From the NCBI GenBank assembly GCA_963796455.1, contig CAWCLO010000004.1, positions 384,001-448,000 of the forward strand: a stretch of DNA of 64,000 bases. Direction: 5' to 3'. The translations under genes were made by a program, and so were the position numbers. Origin of the DNA: Candidatus Sulfomarinibacteraceae bacterium (GTDB lineage: Bacteria; Acidobacteriota; Thermoanaerobaculia; Thermoanaerobaculales; Sulfomarinibacteraceae). Below, piece after piece: positions 30,412 through 41,600 of this stretch. The first letter of the stretch is position 1. Every line of letters starts with the position of its first letter. The notes under the pieces were generated by a model that worked only from the letters and a program-made list of their open reading frames with translations, was not told the origin of the DNA and did not search any database.

Positions 30412-31569
30412 ATGAATGTCGCGATGATCGTGTTGATGGCGGCCACGGCCGCGGCTCCTGTTGCCGATATTCCTTTTGATGACGATTTCGGGTTGGTGCT
30501 CTTCGAGGTCTCGATCGAAGGGGGCGAGCCTCTTTCCTTTCTGCTCGATACCGGCTTCGACGTGTCGATTCTTGATGCTGGTGTGGCCAAACGCCTCGGT
30601 CTGACGGTTCTGGATGTACGAGACGAAGCACAGCCGGGGGGCAGCGTCGAGATGGGCAGCCTGGCTGCGGTGGATCTGACGATTGGAACACTGACCGTTG
30701 GCGGCGTCGGTCTGACAACCATCCCGATAGCCGAGGCGGGGGCATTCATCGGGCGCGATTTCCACGGCATCCTGGGGCACGATGTGCTCGAGCGCTACGT
30801 GGTGGATATCGACTATCCGAATCGACGCCTCCGGTTCTACGACTCCGAGGCCTGGAAACACGGCGGCGCCGGGCAGATCCTGCCGGTGCATATCGAAAAC
30901 GGCGAGGTCTTTGTCAACGCGGGCATCGTGATGCCTCGAGGCAGAACGGTCTTCGGGCCGTTCAAGGTTGATACCGGGAGCGTTGACGTCGCGGGGCTCA
31001 ATCTGAACTTCGTCCAGGATTCGGCCCTCATCGGAACGGATACCGAAGAGATGAATGTCGGTGGCGTCGCGGTTGGTGGAAGCACCGAAGGTCGAATGTT
31101 CCGGGCCGAAGCCTTCGTCATCGGAGCCCATCGTATCGAGCGACCCATCATCGGTTATACCGTCGATTCAGGCGGCTTCGAAAACCGTACCAATGCCGGC
31201 ACTCTTGGTGCCGCTGTTCTCGCCCGCTATCGTGTGATCCTCGACTACGCGAGAGAGCGAATCGTCCTCGAGGATGGTCCGCGCGTCGGAAAACGGGTGT
31301 CGGAAAACCTGGCAGGAATGTTGGTCGTCTCACCGTCCCCTGCATTCGACACTCTGGTGATTGCCCAAGTCGTTCCTGAGGGCCCGGCCGACAATGCGGG
31401 GCTCCTGCCGGGTGACCTGATTGTCTCGGCGGGTGGACGGAGCGACTGGGATCTTCGCGACATTCGGCTCGCCTTCGAGAAGCCGGGGCCGATGCAGATC
31501 GTCGTCCAACGTGAAGACGAACAACTGGAGCTCAATCTGGAGCGTCGGCCCGTTCTGCTTCTGAACTGA
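30412..31569 (+). CDS. Two-domain retropepsin-like aspartyl protease with C-terminal PDZ domain
   Basis: FLLDTG and KVDTGS; GILG/GTLG; PADNAGLLPGDLI. Confidence 0.9.
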   Translation: MNVAMIVLMAATAAAPVADIPFDDDFGLVLFEVSIEGGEPLSFLLDTGFDVSILDAGVAKRLGLTVLDVRDEAQPGGSVEMGSLAAVDLTIGTLTVGGVGLTTIPIAEAGAFIGRDFHGILGHDVLERYVVDIDYPNRRLRFYDSEAWKHGGAGQILPVHIENGEVFVNAGIVMPRGRTVFGPFKVDTGSVDVAGLNLNFVQDSALIGTDTEEMNVGGVAVGGSTEGRMFRAEAFVIGAHRIERPIIGYTVDSGGFENRTNAGTLGAAVLARYRVILDYARERIVLEDGPRVGKRVSENLAGMLVVSPSPAFDTLVIAQVVPEGPADNAGLLPGDLIVSAGGRSDWDLRDIRLAFEKPGPMQIVVQREDEQLELNLERRPVLLLN

Positions 31570-32380
31570 AGAGCCAGACCAGACCCTGGCGAAAAGCGGC
31601 GGTCGCGGCCGAAAAGTGGGTGTGCCCATCGAGAGTCCGCATCTCCAGCTCCCACGGCGGAGACGGAACTTCAGACCAGTGCTGCATCCAGGCCACTGCC
31701 GGCTCGCGGAAACGGGGATCGTCATCGGAGCCGCTCGAGACAAAGACCTTTGATTCGCTCCGTTGGGACGTGGCCGGAGCCTTGAGAAAAAAGTCCAGGT
31801 TGCGGTGGAGCGCCGGGTTGCTGGCAATGTGGCCCCAGAAGAGATCAGTGTCAGTCTGCGCCGTGTAAAGGACGAACTGTCCGCCGAGGGATTGACCAAA
31901 AATGACCCGGCGGGACGGATCCGACGGGTAGGTCTTTTCGATCAACGGCAGCAATTCGGTTCGCAGCATCTTCTGATAATCAACGGCGCCGCCCCAATGT
32001 TCACGTTGGGGCGACGGGGCGGTGAAGTCGTGGCTCCTGTTGTTGCCGTTCTTCCAGTCGGCAGTGCCATAGGAGATTCCCACCAGGATGAGATCGGGAA
32101 CCTCTTCGTCGAAAGCCAGATACCGGTAGTAGCCGGCCAGCATCGGAAAGGTGGACCCGCCGTCGAGGAGGTAAACGGTGGGATAGCTGCGGCCGGCATT
32201 GGCGCTGTAGCTCTCCGGGAGACGGACAAAGACGTGGTATGTGTGCTCGGCCGCCTTCGATTCGACCCGGTGATATCGGACATCACCAAAGCCCTGCAGG
32301 TACTTCGTATCGACCGATTGGCTGAATCCCTGGGCCGCAAATGCGGACCACAGGATGAGGAGAATGCTGCAGCGCCTCAA
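31532..32380 (-). CDS. Alpha/beta-hydrolase esterase (IroE/BesA-like)
   Basis: YPTVYLLDG, GQSLGG and HTH motifs; signal peptide. Confidence 0.88.
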   Translation of the reverse strand: MRRCSILLILWSAFAAQGFSQSVDTKYLQGFGDVRYHRVESKAAEHTYHVFVRLPESYSANAGRSYPTVYLLDGGSTFPMLAGYYRYLAFDEEVPDLILVGISYGTADWKNGNNRSHDFTAPSPQREHWGGAVDYQKMLRTELLPLIEKTYPSDPSRRVIFGQSLGGQFVLYTAQTDTDLFWGHIASNPALHRNLDFFLKAPATSQRSESKVFVSSGSDDDPRFREPAVAWMQHWSEVPSPPWELEMRTLDGHTHFSAATAAFRQGLVWLFSSEAERADAPD

Positions 32381-32392
32381 TGGATGAAAGCC

Positions 32393-33007
32393 CTATTGAT
32401 CTCTTCGGGTGTAGGTGATCACCGCATTTTTGAGCTCACCGTCACCCTTGTCCATGTAGGTCGTATAGGTGAAATGGTCATCATCGACCCAACGGTATTC
32501 GCTTCGGTAGCCGATACTGCCGCCGGTCATCGGATCGCTGAATGACGTGGCCATGTCGCGGGACCGGCCGTCATCGGTACATGATCCTTCGAAGTACAAG
32601 ATGAGGGTGCCGAAATTGTCGATCCAGACGGATTCGTAACGCTTGTCGCCGTTGTTGTAGGCCTCGATGGCCATGCCCTCGTACGGCATGTCTCCGAAAT
32701 TACCGGTGTGGATCCACGAAAGATAGCGACCACCCATGATCATCTCGGCTTCCGCTGTGCTCGTTTCCATCATGGGCTCTGTGCCCGGGGCCATCCACAT
32801 CTGCACTTCGCCATCCCACGTGCCCACCATGGCGGCCAGGTGCTCGTGGTGCCCGGCCGGTTGGGCGAGCTTCATCCACATCTCCATTTCGGCCATGACC
32901 TCGGGCGACATGGCGGGGGCATCGCCCTCCTGGGCCGACGCAAAGGCTGATACCGCAATGATAATTGCGGTGACGACCACAGTTTTGAATGGCGAACGAT
33001 GTTGCAT
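32393..33007 (-). CDS. DUF1579 family secreted protein
   Basis: HEHLAAMVGTW, GGRYL, YEG and YESVWIDNFGT motifs. Confidence 0.85.
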   Translation of the reverse strand: MQHRSPFKTVVVTAIIIAVSAFASAQEGDAPAMSPEVMAEMEMWMKLAQPAGHHEHLAAMVGTWDGEVQMWMAPGTEPMMETSTAEAEMIMGGRYLSWIHTGNFGDMPYEGMAIEAYNNGDKRYESVWIDNFGTLILYFEGSCTDDGRSRDMATSFSDPMTGGSIGYRSEYRWVDDDHFTYTTYMDKGDGELKNAVITYTRRDQ

Positions 33008-33082
33008 TGGAGACCTCCTGTTTTTTGGTTTTCGCAAACGAGTTGATCGATCAAGAAAACAGGCGCCGATGCCCGGTCATTC

Positions 33083-35725
33083 CTAATTGCGTCCGGACGT
33101 GGTGTTTTTCAATTCTTCAAACCAGTTGAGGATCACCTCGAGGTGGCCTCCCGGAGGATCGGAGATCATGACGAAGTGTTCGCCGTCGGGATGGACGTCG
33201 TACTGCCGTTGCCAGCGGTACTGGCGGAACGATCCTTCGAAGAGTGTTCTTCGGCCGGCGACTCGAAAATCGGGATCGGTGGCGATGGTGACGGCTATGA
33301 ACTTGGAGCCCTCGAAATGGTAGAGCTCGCGCCCATCGGCCGACCACGCAGGGTTGGCACCGCCGGCGATCGACACCTGAACGATACCTCGGGGTGTCGG
33401 AAAGGCCGTGACATAGATCTCGTCTCGGCCGCTCTGGTTCGAAACATAAGCCAGCCAGCGCCCGTTCGGAGAAACCATAGGTGAGAGCTCGTCGTTCTGG
33501 CTGTCGAGAAGAACATCGATCGTTGATTCGTCGGTCATATCGGGCCATCGCATGAGATCCATGCCCTTGCCAGGGATCTCTTCACGATAAACCAAAGTGC
33601 CGTCACTGGACCAGTCGGCGGTGCGGAGATTATGTTCTCGTTCGAGCAGGACCCTCTCGGGTTGGCTCATGTCGAGCGGTCGCAGCATCAGATCGAAAGA
33701 CGCCGATCGGGTGGTGCCATAGGCCAGTTGAGATCCATCAGGGCTCCACACCGGGTAGAAGCCGTTTTCGCTGAGTTTGGTCGGCGCACCTGATTCCAGA
33801 TCGACGACCCAGACGGGCCCGGCACTCTCGTTCAAAGCGATTTTTGACCCGTCCGGTGAAATCCTGGGGTCATTGGTGTCTCGAAAGGGCTGTTGGCCTT
33901 CAAAGACCGGTTTCACATTTCCCTCGAGATCGACCATCACCAACCGTCGGAGACCGCGTTCGTCCATCGGAAGGTAGACCGCGGTTCCAGTCTCCGATAG
34001 AGCGAGTTGCATCGTGGTGCCGTCGATCCGCACCCTCGGTAAGACGGGAACGGGAGTACCTATCGGTTTCAGACGCTGGACATCGAATCGAACTACGAGG
34101 ACCTGATTCGAGTTGGTATAAAGCAGGTGGCCGGTGGGCAGGTAACGAGCATCCGCCCCCTGAAGTCCGAGCTCCTGGACCGAGTAGTCTTCGAGATCGA
34201 GGGCGACGAGTGTGGACTTGGAGCGTTCACCAATCGCCAACAACAGGGTCTTTCCTGACGGCATGGCGAATGGATTCCCAATTGCTTCGGAATCCAGGCG
34301 TTCGGGAGCGACGTCTTCGGTCGGGCCTCCGTTTTCGGGGACCCGGAAAAGCTTGCGTGAGGAGACTATGTATATGAATCCGTCGCGCGACCAGCTCGCA
34401 CCGATCGGAAAGGAAGTGAGGGTGCCGAGGTGGGTCGGGGGGCCTCCGGCGAGGTTGACCTTCCACAGCCCCTCGGTGTTGACAAAGCCGATCCACGAAC
34501 CGTCGGGCGAAAAGAAAGGAAGGCGCGCTCCGCCGGCAGCGTTGATCGGGTGAACCTCGAACTCGTCGATTCGGCGGTAGTAGAGCACGTCGTCCGATCC
34601 GCCCGCAGCGCTGGTGACGATGATCGTGCCATCGGGTGAGAGATCCAGAGCACGGCCGTCACCGAATCGCTGGCCCTGGGTTTTCGGGTACTCCATGGCG
34701 AACCGGCCGACCAGGGGATCGGGCGCCTCGGATCTGAGGACGCTGAACCCTATTGCTGCCAGTGCGACAAGGCCCGCGAAGGCCGCCGCGATCCATGGCA
34801 GCCGACCGGTTGCAGGACCCCCTTGCTGACCATCCACCGGTGCTCCGTGGTCGCTCGAATCGGTCTCGGAATGCTCGAGCGCGATGCGCGCCTCGCCGAT
34901 GTCTCGCAACCGGCGCCGCGAATCCTTCTCGGTGCATCGCGTGATCAGTCGGCGGACCGATGCCGGGGTGTTTTTTGGCAACAACTCGGGGTCGGGTTCC
35001 CTGGTCAGGACCGCGGCGAGGGTGTCCGAAATCGTGTCTCCCGCAAATGCCCGCGATCCGGTCATCATCTCGTGGAGAAGACACCCGAAGGCCCAGATAT
35101 CGGCACGTTTGTCGACCGCCTGGCCGCGCGCCTGTTCGGGCGACATATAGGCGGCAGTGCCGAGGATCATCCCGGCGACGGTGCCCGCGCTGGTCAGAGT
35201 GGGCGAGATGGATGGGTTGGCACCGCCAGACCCCGGGTCGGCGTCGAAGGATTTGGCGAGACCGAAATCGAGCACCTTGACCCGGCCATCCGGGGTGACC
35301 ACGACGTTGGCTGGTTTGAGATCGCGGTGTATCACTCCCTGCTCGTGGGCGGCCTCCAGCGCTTCGGCGATCTGGCCGGCACAATCGATCGCCCGGTCTA
35401 CCGACAGGGGACCGTTTTCGAGCATCGCGGAGAGATCCTGGCCGGGCACAAGCTCCATGGCGATGAACCGTTCGCCGCCCGGACCTTCGTGCAGACCATA
35501 GACCGCGGCGATATTCGGGTGATTCAGCGAGGCGAGGAGCTTTGCTTCCCGCTCGAATCGTGCCAGGCGATCGGCATGAGAGCCGAGGGCCTCGGGCAGT
35601 ACTTTGATCGCGACCTCGCGTTCGAGAGTCGTATCGGTGGCCCGATAGACCTCGCCCATCCCACCTTCGCCGAGCTTGTCGACGATGCGGTAATGAAGAA
35701 ACTCCGTACCTGGTTGTAGAGACAT
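33083..35725 (-). CDS. Ser/Thr protein kinase with TM helix and TolB/PD40 beta-propeller
   Basis: [21 protein letters not shown] and YMSPEQ motifs; repeated SPDG blades; C-terminal VILNWFEEL. Confidence 0.95.
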   Translation of the reverse strand: MSLQPGTEFLHYRIVDKLGEGGMGEVYRATDTTLEREVAIKVLPEALGSHADRLARFEREAKLLASLNHPNIAAVYGLHEGPGGERFIAMELVPGQDLSAMLENGPLSVDRAIDCAGQIAEALEAAHEQGVIHRDLKPANVVVTPDGRVKVLDFGLAKSFDADPGSGGANPSISPTLTSAGTVAGMILGTAAYMSPEQARGQAVDKRADIWAFGCLLHEMMTGSRAFAGDTISDTLAAVLTREPDPELLPKNTPASVRRLITRCTEKDSRRRLRDIGEARIALEHSETDSSDHGAPVDGQQGGPATGRLPWIAAAFAGLVALAAIGFSVLRSEAPDPLVGRFAMEYPKTQGQRFGDGRALDLSPDGTIIVTSAAGGSDDVLYYRRIDEFEVHPINAAGGARLPFFSPDGSWIGFVNTEGLWKVNLAGGPPTHLGTLTSFPIGASWSRDGFIYIVSSRKLFRVPENGGPTEDVAPERLDSEAIGNPFAMPSGKTLLLAIGERSKSTLVALDLEDYSVQELGLQGADARYLPTGHLLYTNSNQVLVVRFDVQRLKPIGTPVPVLPRVRIDGTTMQLALSETGTAVYLPMDERGLRRLVMVDLEGNVKPVFEGQQPFRDTNDPRISPDGSKIALNESAGPVWVVDLESGAPTKLSENGFYPVWSPDGSQLAYGTTRSASFDLMLRPLDMSQPERVLLEREHNLRTADWSSDGTLVYREEIPGKGMDLMRWPDMTDESTIDVLLDSQNDELSPMVSPNGRWLAYVSNQSGRDEIYVTAFPTPRGIVQVSIAGGANPAWSADGRELYHFEGSKFIAVTIATDPDFRVAGRRTLFEGSFRQYRWQRQYDVHPDGEHFVMISDPPGGHLEVILNWFEELKNTTSGRN

Positions 35726-35900
35726 CGTCGCAATATTACAGCAATTTCGTGATTCCGCACACCTCCGGGAATCAATTTCGGGACTCGAACGGTTGCTGTC
35801 GAATGACTGTTCACTTTTTTGACGGGGTCAGAGAACGATATTTGAGAGAGTGTTTCTTGAACGAAGATGCACGGTGATGGTTGGTTTTGGGGGGGCAGGG

Positions 35901-36854
35901 ATGAAGCGTGAGTGGATATTGACAGGGGTGACAATTGCTGTCTTTTTGATGGCGGGTGGAATGGGGGCAGAAGTGGCAAAAGACCCGGTGACGAGTTCTC
36001 AGACCCGAAATCTGGCCGGGGTCCGCAGCCTCGTGGAGGCGATCAACAACCGCGATGCAGCGGCCGGCGCCGGACACTTCGCTTCTGCGGCGACCTGGAG
36101 CCGGGGCGGTGGTTCGTCCGTTCAAGGCCGAGATCGATTTGCCGATTTGTTGAAGAGTTTTTTCGCGGCCTTTCCCGACGCTGCCGTCACTCCGACGGAA
36201 ATGCTTGCATTCGGATCGGACACGGTTCTTCTGGAGTGGGTCCTGACGGGCACTCATCTTGGTGACTGGACGGTTCCGGGCGCGACGAAAATGATTCCCG
36301 CGACGGGCCGTTCGATCGAGGTGGTCGGTGCCGACCTGTTTGTCTTCAATGCATCCGGAGAGATCGAGTCGGACGAAGTCCGGATCGATACCGGCGCGAT
36401 GTTGCAGCAACTCGGTGCCACTCCGGACGCGTCGCCGGCCGCTGCCGATTTGCGACAATTCGCCCAAGGCTACACCGACGCCTGGAACAGCAAGACTCCA
36501 GCGAAGATGGCCGCCTTTTTTTCAGAAGAAGGCTCGCTCAAAGTGAACGCCGGTGCACCGGCGGTTGGGCGCGAGGCCATCGCCGATGTCGCCGAGAGCT
36601 TCATGACCGCGTTTCCGGACATGAATTTGCTGATGGACGAATTGCACGTGCAGGGCGATCGCGCCGTTTATCGTTGGACCTTTGTTGGGACCAACAGCGG
36701 TCCGGGAGGATCAGGGAAGGCAGTTCGCTTCAGCGGCTATGAGGTGTGGCGCATCGGTGCGGACGGTCTGATCAAGGAGTCGCGCGGCCATTTCGACAGT
36801 GGAGGGTATCTCCAGCAACTCGAGTTCGGTGTCGACAACAACCCTGCCGGATAG
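35901..36854 (+). CDS. Tandem SnoaL-like/ester cyclase domain secreted protein
   Basis: Two AFPD...W...GT(H/N)...TG/GK SnoaL repeats; signal peptide. Confidence 0.85.
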   Translation: MKREWILTGVTIAVFLMAGGMGAEVAKDPVTSSQTRNLAGVRSLVEAINNRDAAAGAGHFASAATWSRGGGSSVQGRDRFADLLKSFFAAFPDAAVTPTEMLAFGSDTVLLEWVLTGTHLGDWTVPGATKMIPATGRSIEVVGADLFVFNASGEIESDEVRIDTGAMLQQLGATPDASPAAADLRQFAQGYTDAWNSKTPAKMAAFFSEEGSLKVNAGAPAVGREAIADVAESFMTAFPDMNLLMDELHVQGDRAVYRWTFVGTNSGPGGSGKAVRFSGYEVWRIGADGLIKESRGHFDSGGYLQQLEFGVDNNPAG

Positions 36855-36857
36855 CAG

Positions 36858-36933
36858 GGGTGGCGGGGTGGTCTGATCGGGCGCTGAAACCCTGATCGGA
36901 CCAACCCAGCCGCGGGTGTGACCCACGCCACCC
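36858..36933. repeat. REP-like palindromic intergenic element
   Basis: Outer stem GGGTGGCG / CGCCACCC enclosing an inner stem GGTCTGATCGGG / CCTGATCGGACC. Confidence 0.5.
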
Positions 36934-37000
36934 GGACCCTTGGCGTCAACTGCCACAATGTCTGGGAGTATTGAGCACCCTTCAAGGGAGGGAATGGAGC

Positions 37001-38674
37001 ATGGCCGGACGCCGGTCTTACGTCGTTGTTGCCTTTGTGGCGACCATCTTTGCTCTGCTTTCGGGCCCTCGGCCGGCGACTGCGCAGGGAAACGACGTCG
37101 AGGTGACAGTCGATCTGGCGGCGGGTGGCCGTGAAATCTCGCCCGCCATCTTTGGTGTCAGCTTCGCCGACGCCGAACAGCTCGCATCGGTGCCATACCC
37201 CGCCAATCGTTGGGGTGGCAACTCCGTCACCCGATACAACTGGCAGGCGGATGTCAGTAACAAGGCCTCTGACTGGTTCTTCATGAATATTGCCGAAGCG
37301 AGTGTCGATCCGGCGCTCCTACCCGATGGATCCACTGCCGACGTCTTTGTGTCTGAGAGCCTTGGCGCAGGCTCGAAACCCTTGATGACCCTGCCTTTGA
37401 TCGGGTGGGCGCCGATCGGAGTTCGGGAGAAGCGTTGGGGATTTTCAGTCGCGAAGTACGGCAGCCAGGATCAGACGGAATGCACCGCGACGGGTGGGGC
37501 GTCCTGGTGTCAGACCGACGCCGGCAACGGGTTTTCGGGTGGGAGCAAACTCAACGGTAACGATCCCACCGACACCTCGATGGCGATCGACGAGACCTGG
37601 GTCACCGATTGGGTGAACCATCTCGGACCCTTTGTGCGGTGGTTCGCGCTCGACAACGAACCCATGCTGTGGTCGGAGACTCATTTTGATGTCCACCCGA
37701 CTCCGTTGACCTATGACGAGATCTGGAGCCGGACCGCAGCGATCGGCACGGCGGTCAAGACCGCCCGTTCCGATGCCAGGACCTTTGGCCCTGTGGTATG
37801 GGGTTGGTGCGCTTTCTTCTATTCGGCGGCGGATGGATGCAGTTCGGGCGCCGACCAGGCGTCCCACGGCGACCAGCCATTTCTCGAGTGGTATCTCGAC
37901 CGGATCTGCGAGCACGAGGCGACCACCGGGGTGCGTCCTGTGGACGTTCTCGATATTCACTACTATCCGCAGGGTGGACAGGCGCTCACCTCAGAGGGCG
38001 ACTCCAACCTCCAGGCATTGCGGCTCCGCTCGGTCAAAGATCTCTACGACCCGAGCTACAACTCCGAATCCTGGATCAACCAACCGGTCCGCCTGATACC
38101 GCGAATGCGCGAGTTGATCGAACAGCGGTGCCCAGGGCTCGGTCTCGCCGTCACCGAATACAACTGGGGACAGGAGGGTATCTCCTCGGCATTGGCCCAG
38201 GCCGAAGTCCTCGCCGTTTTCGCGCGAGAAGGAGTGTTTGCGGCCATGCGCTGGGTCGCTCCGGAGGTCGGCAGCCGGATGGAGGATGCTTTCAGATTGT
38301 TTCTGGACTATGACGGCGTTGGTTCCCGGGTCACGGGTACGAGCCGTTCGGCTGTCAGTTCGGATATTGATCGGGTCGGAAGCTACGCGGTCGAATCGGC
38401 TACCGGTGAGCTCCTGTTGCTTCTGTTCAACAAAAGCACCACGTCTGAAGACGTTCACTTCACCGTGACCCAGGCGGCCGCGGGGACTGCATCGATCTTT
38501 CGATTCACCGAGGCCGAGGCGCTGAGTGGTGCAGGCACGGTCGAGGTGGCTGCCGGAGCTTTTGATCTTGTCTTACCGTCCCGTTCGGCTTCCCTCCTGG
38601 TCCTGCCCGGTGCGACCGACCGCGTCTTTGCCGACGGATTCGCCAGCGGTACGACTTCAGCCTGGTCGAACTGA
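37001..38674 (+). CDS. Glycoside hydrolase family 44 (endoglucanase/xyloglucanase)
   Basis: NRWGGNSVTRYNW, LDNEPMLW, DIHYYPQ and VTEYNWG motifs; C-terminal VFADGFASGTTSAWS tag. Confidence 0.92.
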   Translation: MAGRRSYVVVAFVATIFALLSGPRPATAQGNDVEVTVDLAAGGREISPAIFGVSFADAEQLASVPYPANRWGGNSVTRYNWQADVSNKASDWFFMNIAEASVDPALLPDGSTADVFVSESLGAGSKPLMTLPLIGWAPIGVREKRWGFSVAKYGSQDQTECTATGGASWCQTDAGNGFSGGSKLNGNDPTDTSMAIDETWVTDWVNHLGPFVRWFALDNEPMLWSETHFDVHPTPLTYDEIWSRTAAIGTAVKTARSDARTFGPVVWGWCAFFYSAADGCSSGADQASHGDQPFLEWYLDRICEHEATTGVRPVDVLDIHYYPQGGQALTSEGDSNLQALRLRSVKDLYDPSYNSESWINQPVRLIPRMRELIEQRCPGLGLAVTEYNWGQEGISSALAQAEVLAVFAREGVFAAMRWVAPEVGSRMEDAFRLFLDYDGVGSRVTGTSRSAVSSDIDRVGSYAVESATGELLLLLFNKSTTSEDVHFTVTQAAAGTASIFRFTEAEALSGAGTVEVAAGAFDLVLPSRSASLLVLPGATDRVFADGFASGTTSAWSN

Positions 38675-38687
38675 CGGGTCGTACCGT

Positions 38688-41600
38688 TCATTCGCCCATG
38701 CGGCGGAAGGTGGAGGCCAGTTCCTGAGCCACCTCGGCGGTTCCGAGCCCGCCGGTTTCCTGCCGCAATTCGCGCTCGAGCGTGAGAATGCGGTAGGGGT
38801 CGGTCTCTTCCGCGCCGATCTGCCGCATCCGCGTCGCCATGTCTTCCCAGTAGCGGATGTCCGCGGCAATCTGTTGTGCCTGTGGAGAGCCCGGAGGTGC
38901 TGCCGCCAGGTCCTGGCGCAGTTTCTTCAGGAGCATGTTGTCGATCTCCTTGGCAGACTCTCGGCACCGGCCCTGAATTTTGGCGATCGGCGACATCACC
39001 GGGTCGTCGGCGATCTTGTTGCCCTTGACTTCCACTACCCTCCCGACGTCCGCCACATCCCCCGGTGCGACCCGCGAAAAATCGACCCGCTCGCGGAGGA
39101 GGGCCCTCGAAGAAAAAGACTCCGAGTGCGCGCTGGTGGTGAGGTTGACCTCGGAACGTACGGCGCTGAAACCGGTGGTCGTGTGATATGCGCGGTTGAG
39201 AGCCCGCTGTGCGTCGTCCTGGAACTGCGCGACATCGACCACGGTCCGGGCCCCGGTTTCGGGATCGATACGGATGATTTCGAGCCCATCCGGTTCATCC
39301 ATCGCCAGATCGAGATCCATGCTCGATGTCCCTGCCGAAGATGCGTTTCGGACCGGTCGGAAACGGAGATTCGAGGTGTCGTATCCCAACTCGGTCAACT
39401 GCCGTTCAAACTCGGGCATCATGTCGTCATAGCTCTGGTTGATCGCCCGGCTGAAGGCCCGCCGCACCGATGGGTGGGCCTTGTATTTGAGCATCCATTT
39501 GCAATGGAAGGAGGAATTGAGTGAGGTCGCCAACTCGGCCACCTGACGTTCGGCCGCTGCGAGTTCCGCGGAACCCGCCGGGTAGCGGGTCCTGGCCTGC
39601 ATCAGGGTGATCTGCGAGTCCCGAAAATGGTCAACCAGGGACTGGGCGTCGTCCATATCCTGCTGGAATTTTGCCGCCGCAAACTGCTGCTGCACCGTAG
39701 GACGCTGCCAGCCGACCGGTCGGAAGAGCCGGCTGTTCTTTCCAAAAACCGCCAGAGCACCGCGAGCAGTCAGAGTGGCCCCAAGCTGGAACGCCTTCGA
39801 CGTGGCGTAGGCGTAGCCTGCGTTCTTGGCTCCCTGCCACAGTCCATCGCGCCAGTCTGCGTTCGGGTTCGTCATGCCCTGACGCCAACCCTGGACGAAC
39901 TGAACGCTGAGTGCGCCCAGCGGAGAGGCGTCCGAGATCGCGTTAGTGACCCCCTCGTAGGGCCCGCCAGCGATCGTCCCGGTGATGCCGCCGTAGACTC
40001 CGCCGAGGATCTGTGGCGACCACAGTGTGATGGCGGCCGTTTCGCCAAAGGCCTGTGCGCACGCGGCAGATCCGAAACCGGTGGCGATGCTGCCGGCCGT
40101 CATGACCACCGTCTGGGCGTAGAACTCGTGCTCCTGGGCGGCGATGGCCTTTTCCTCCTCGCGGGCTGCCACGCCCTCCCAGTGGCCCATGACCATGTCG
40201 TTGAGCGAACCGGCGAGCTTGCGCGCTTTCTCGACGTCGCCGCGCGCCACCGTCGCGGGGTCGAGAATCTCCCTCGCCCGCGCCCGCATGGCTGCCCTCT
40301 GCTCCCAGGGCAGGAGTTCGATCTGCCGTTCGACCCCGACTGCGATGCGTCGCGCCGCATCGACCCGAGCGGCGTTTTCGCGGACGTTGTGGACAAACTG
40401 AGTCTGCGCCCAGTCGTCATAAGGTGTCCTGGTATGGACGATCCGGCCGGCGCGGTAGGAGTTTGCGAGGTCCCTTTCAGCCTGGATGTCAGCCTGGAGG
40501 GTGAGGACTCTCAGCGCCAGTTCCTTGCGCCGTCTGGGGTCCTTTTCCTTGCCCAGCTCTTCTCGTTCGCGCTCGAGATTTCGTTCGAGGGAGTTCGCCA
40601 TGGAATCGTGGAAGGCGATGGTCTCATCGACCGCCCGGCGCGCATCATCCTCTTCGGCCGACGGCCGGGTCGGTGTCGGTTGTGGCGGAACGGCGGCCAC
40701 GACCACCGGTGACTGCGGCGGTGAGCCCGGATCCGGTGCCGACCCCTGCAGGAGTTGCGCAACGAGATCACGGTTGCCGTTGAAGAAAAGATTCCAGTTT
40801 TCCAGCGCGTATTCTCTGAACCGCTCGGCGGCGGCAACCCGTTCAGGCGTGTGCTGATAGCAGTAGATGGGCTCGGAGTGAGGATCGCGCCAGTAACGCC
40901 CTCCCTCCCATTTGGGATCACCGCCGAAAACAGCCGGCGGCACGTCGACTTCGAGCCGGTCAGCCACACCGTCGGCGACCATGTTCCAGGATTCTCCAAA
41001 CACCCCCATCGGAGTGCCGTAACTGGTCAGGACAACGGTGTCGCTGGAAGGCATCTTTTTGCCGATGAGCATGAGATCGAAGATCCCCGCCACGTGGTGG
41101 TGTTCTTTGACCAGAAGATCGCAGTCGCTTCCGCCACCCGGGCAGACCTCGATCAGATCAGCCTGCGAAACGTCGTATCCGGCCGCATCCAGCGGTGCGA
41201 TCCGCTCCATGTATTCCTGGCTCACGACGTAGAGAACCCACATCTCCGGTTCGGGCGAGTAGACGGTCATGACCGAAAGCCAATTGCCATCTGCGTCGTG
41301 CCACATGCCGTCGATTGGAGAACCTGCGTCGTCTCGCAGCGCCCGGCGAAATCGCTTCCTGGCCTGACAGCGTTCGTCGAAGGGATTTGGTGGGTTGCCC
41401 AACTCCTGGATTTTTCGCGCGATCTCGGTGAGCCCGACCTGGAGCGATTCGATCACGGCGGTCTGACGGTCGGCCACCGCCATCGCGTCAAGCCAGGCGT
41501 CGGAGGAGTCTGCAGCAATCGCGTAGGCCGCGTCGTGCATCGCGGCCTGAGCAGCGACCGCGGCCCGGGTCAGAGCTTCGCGACCGGAGAGGAACTGGCC

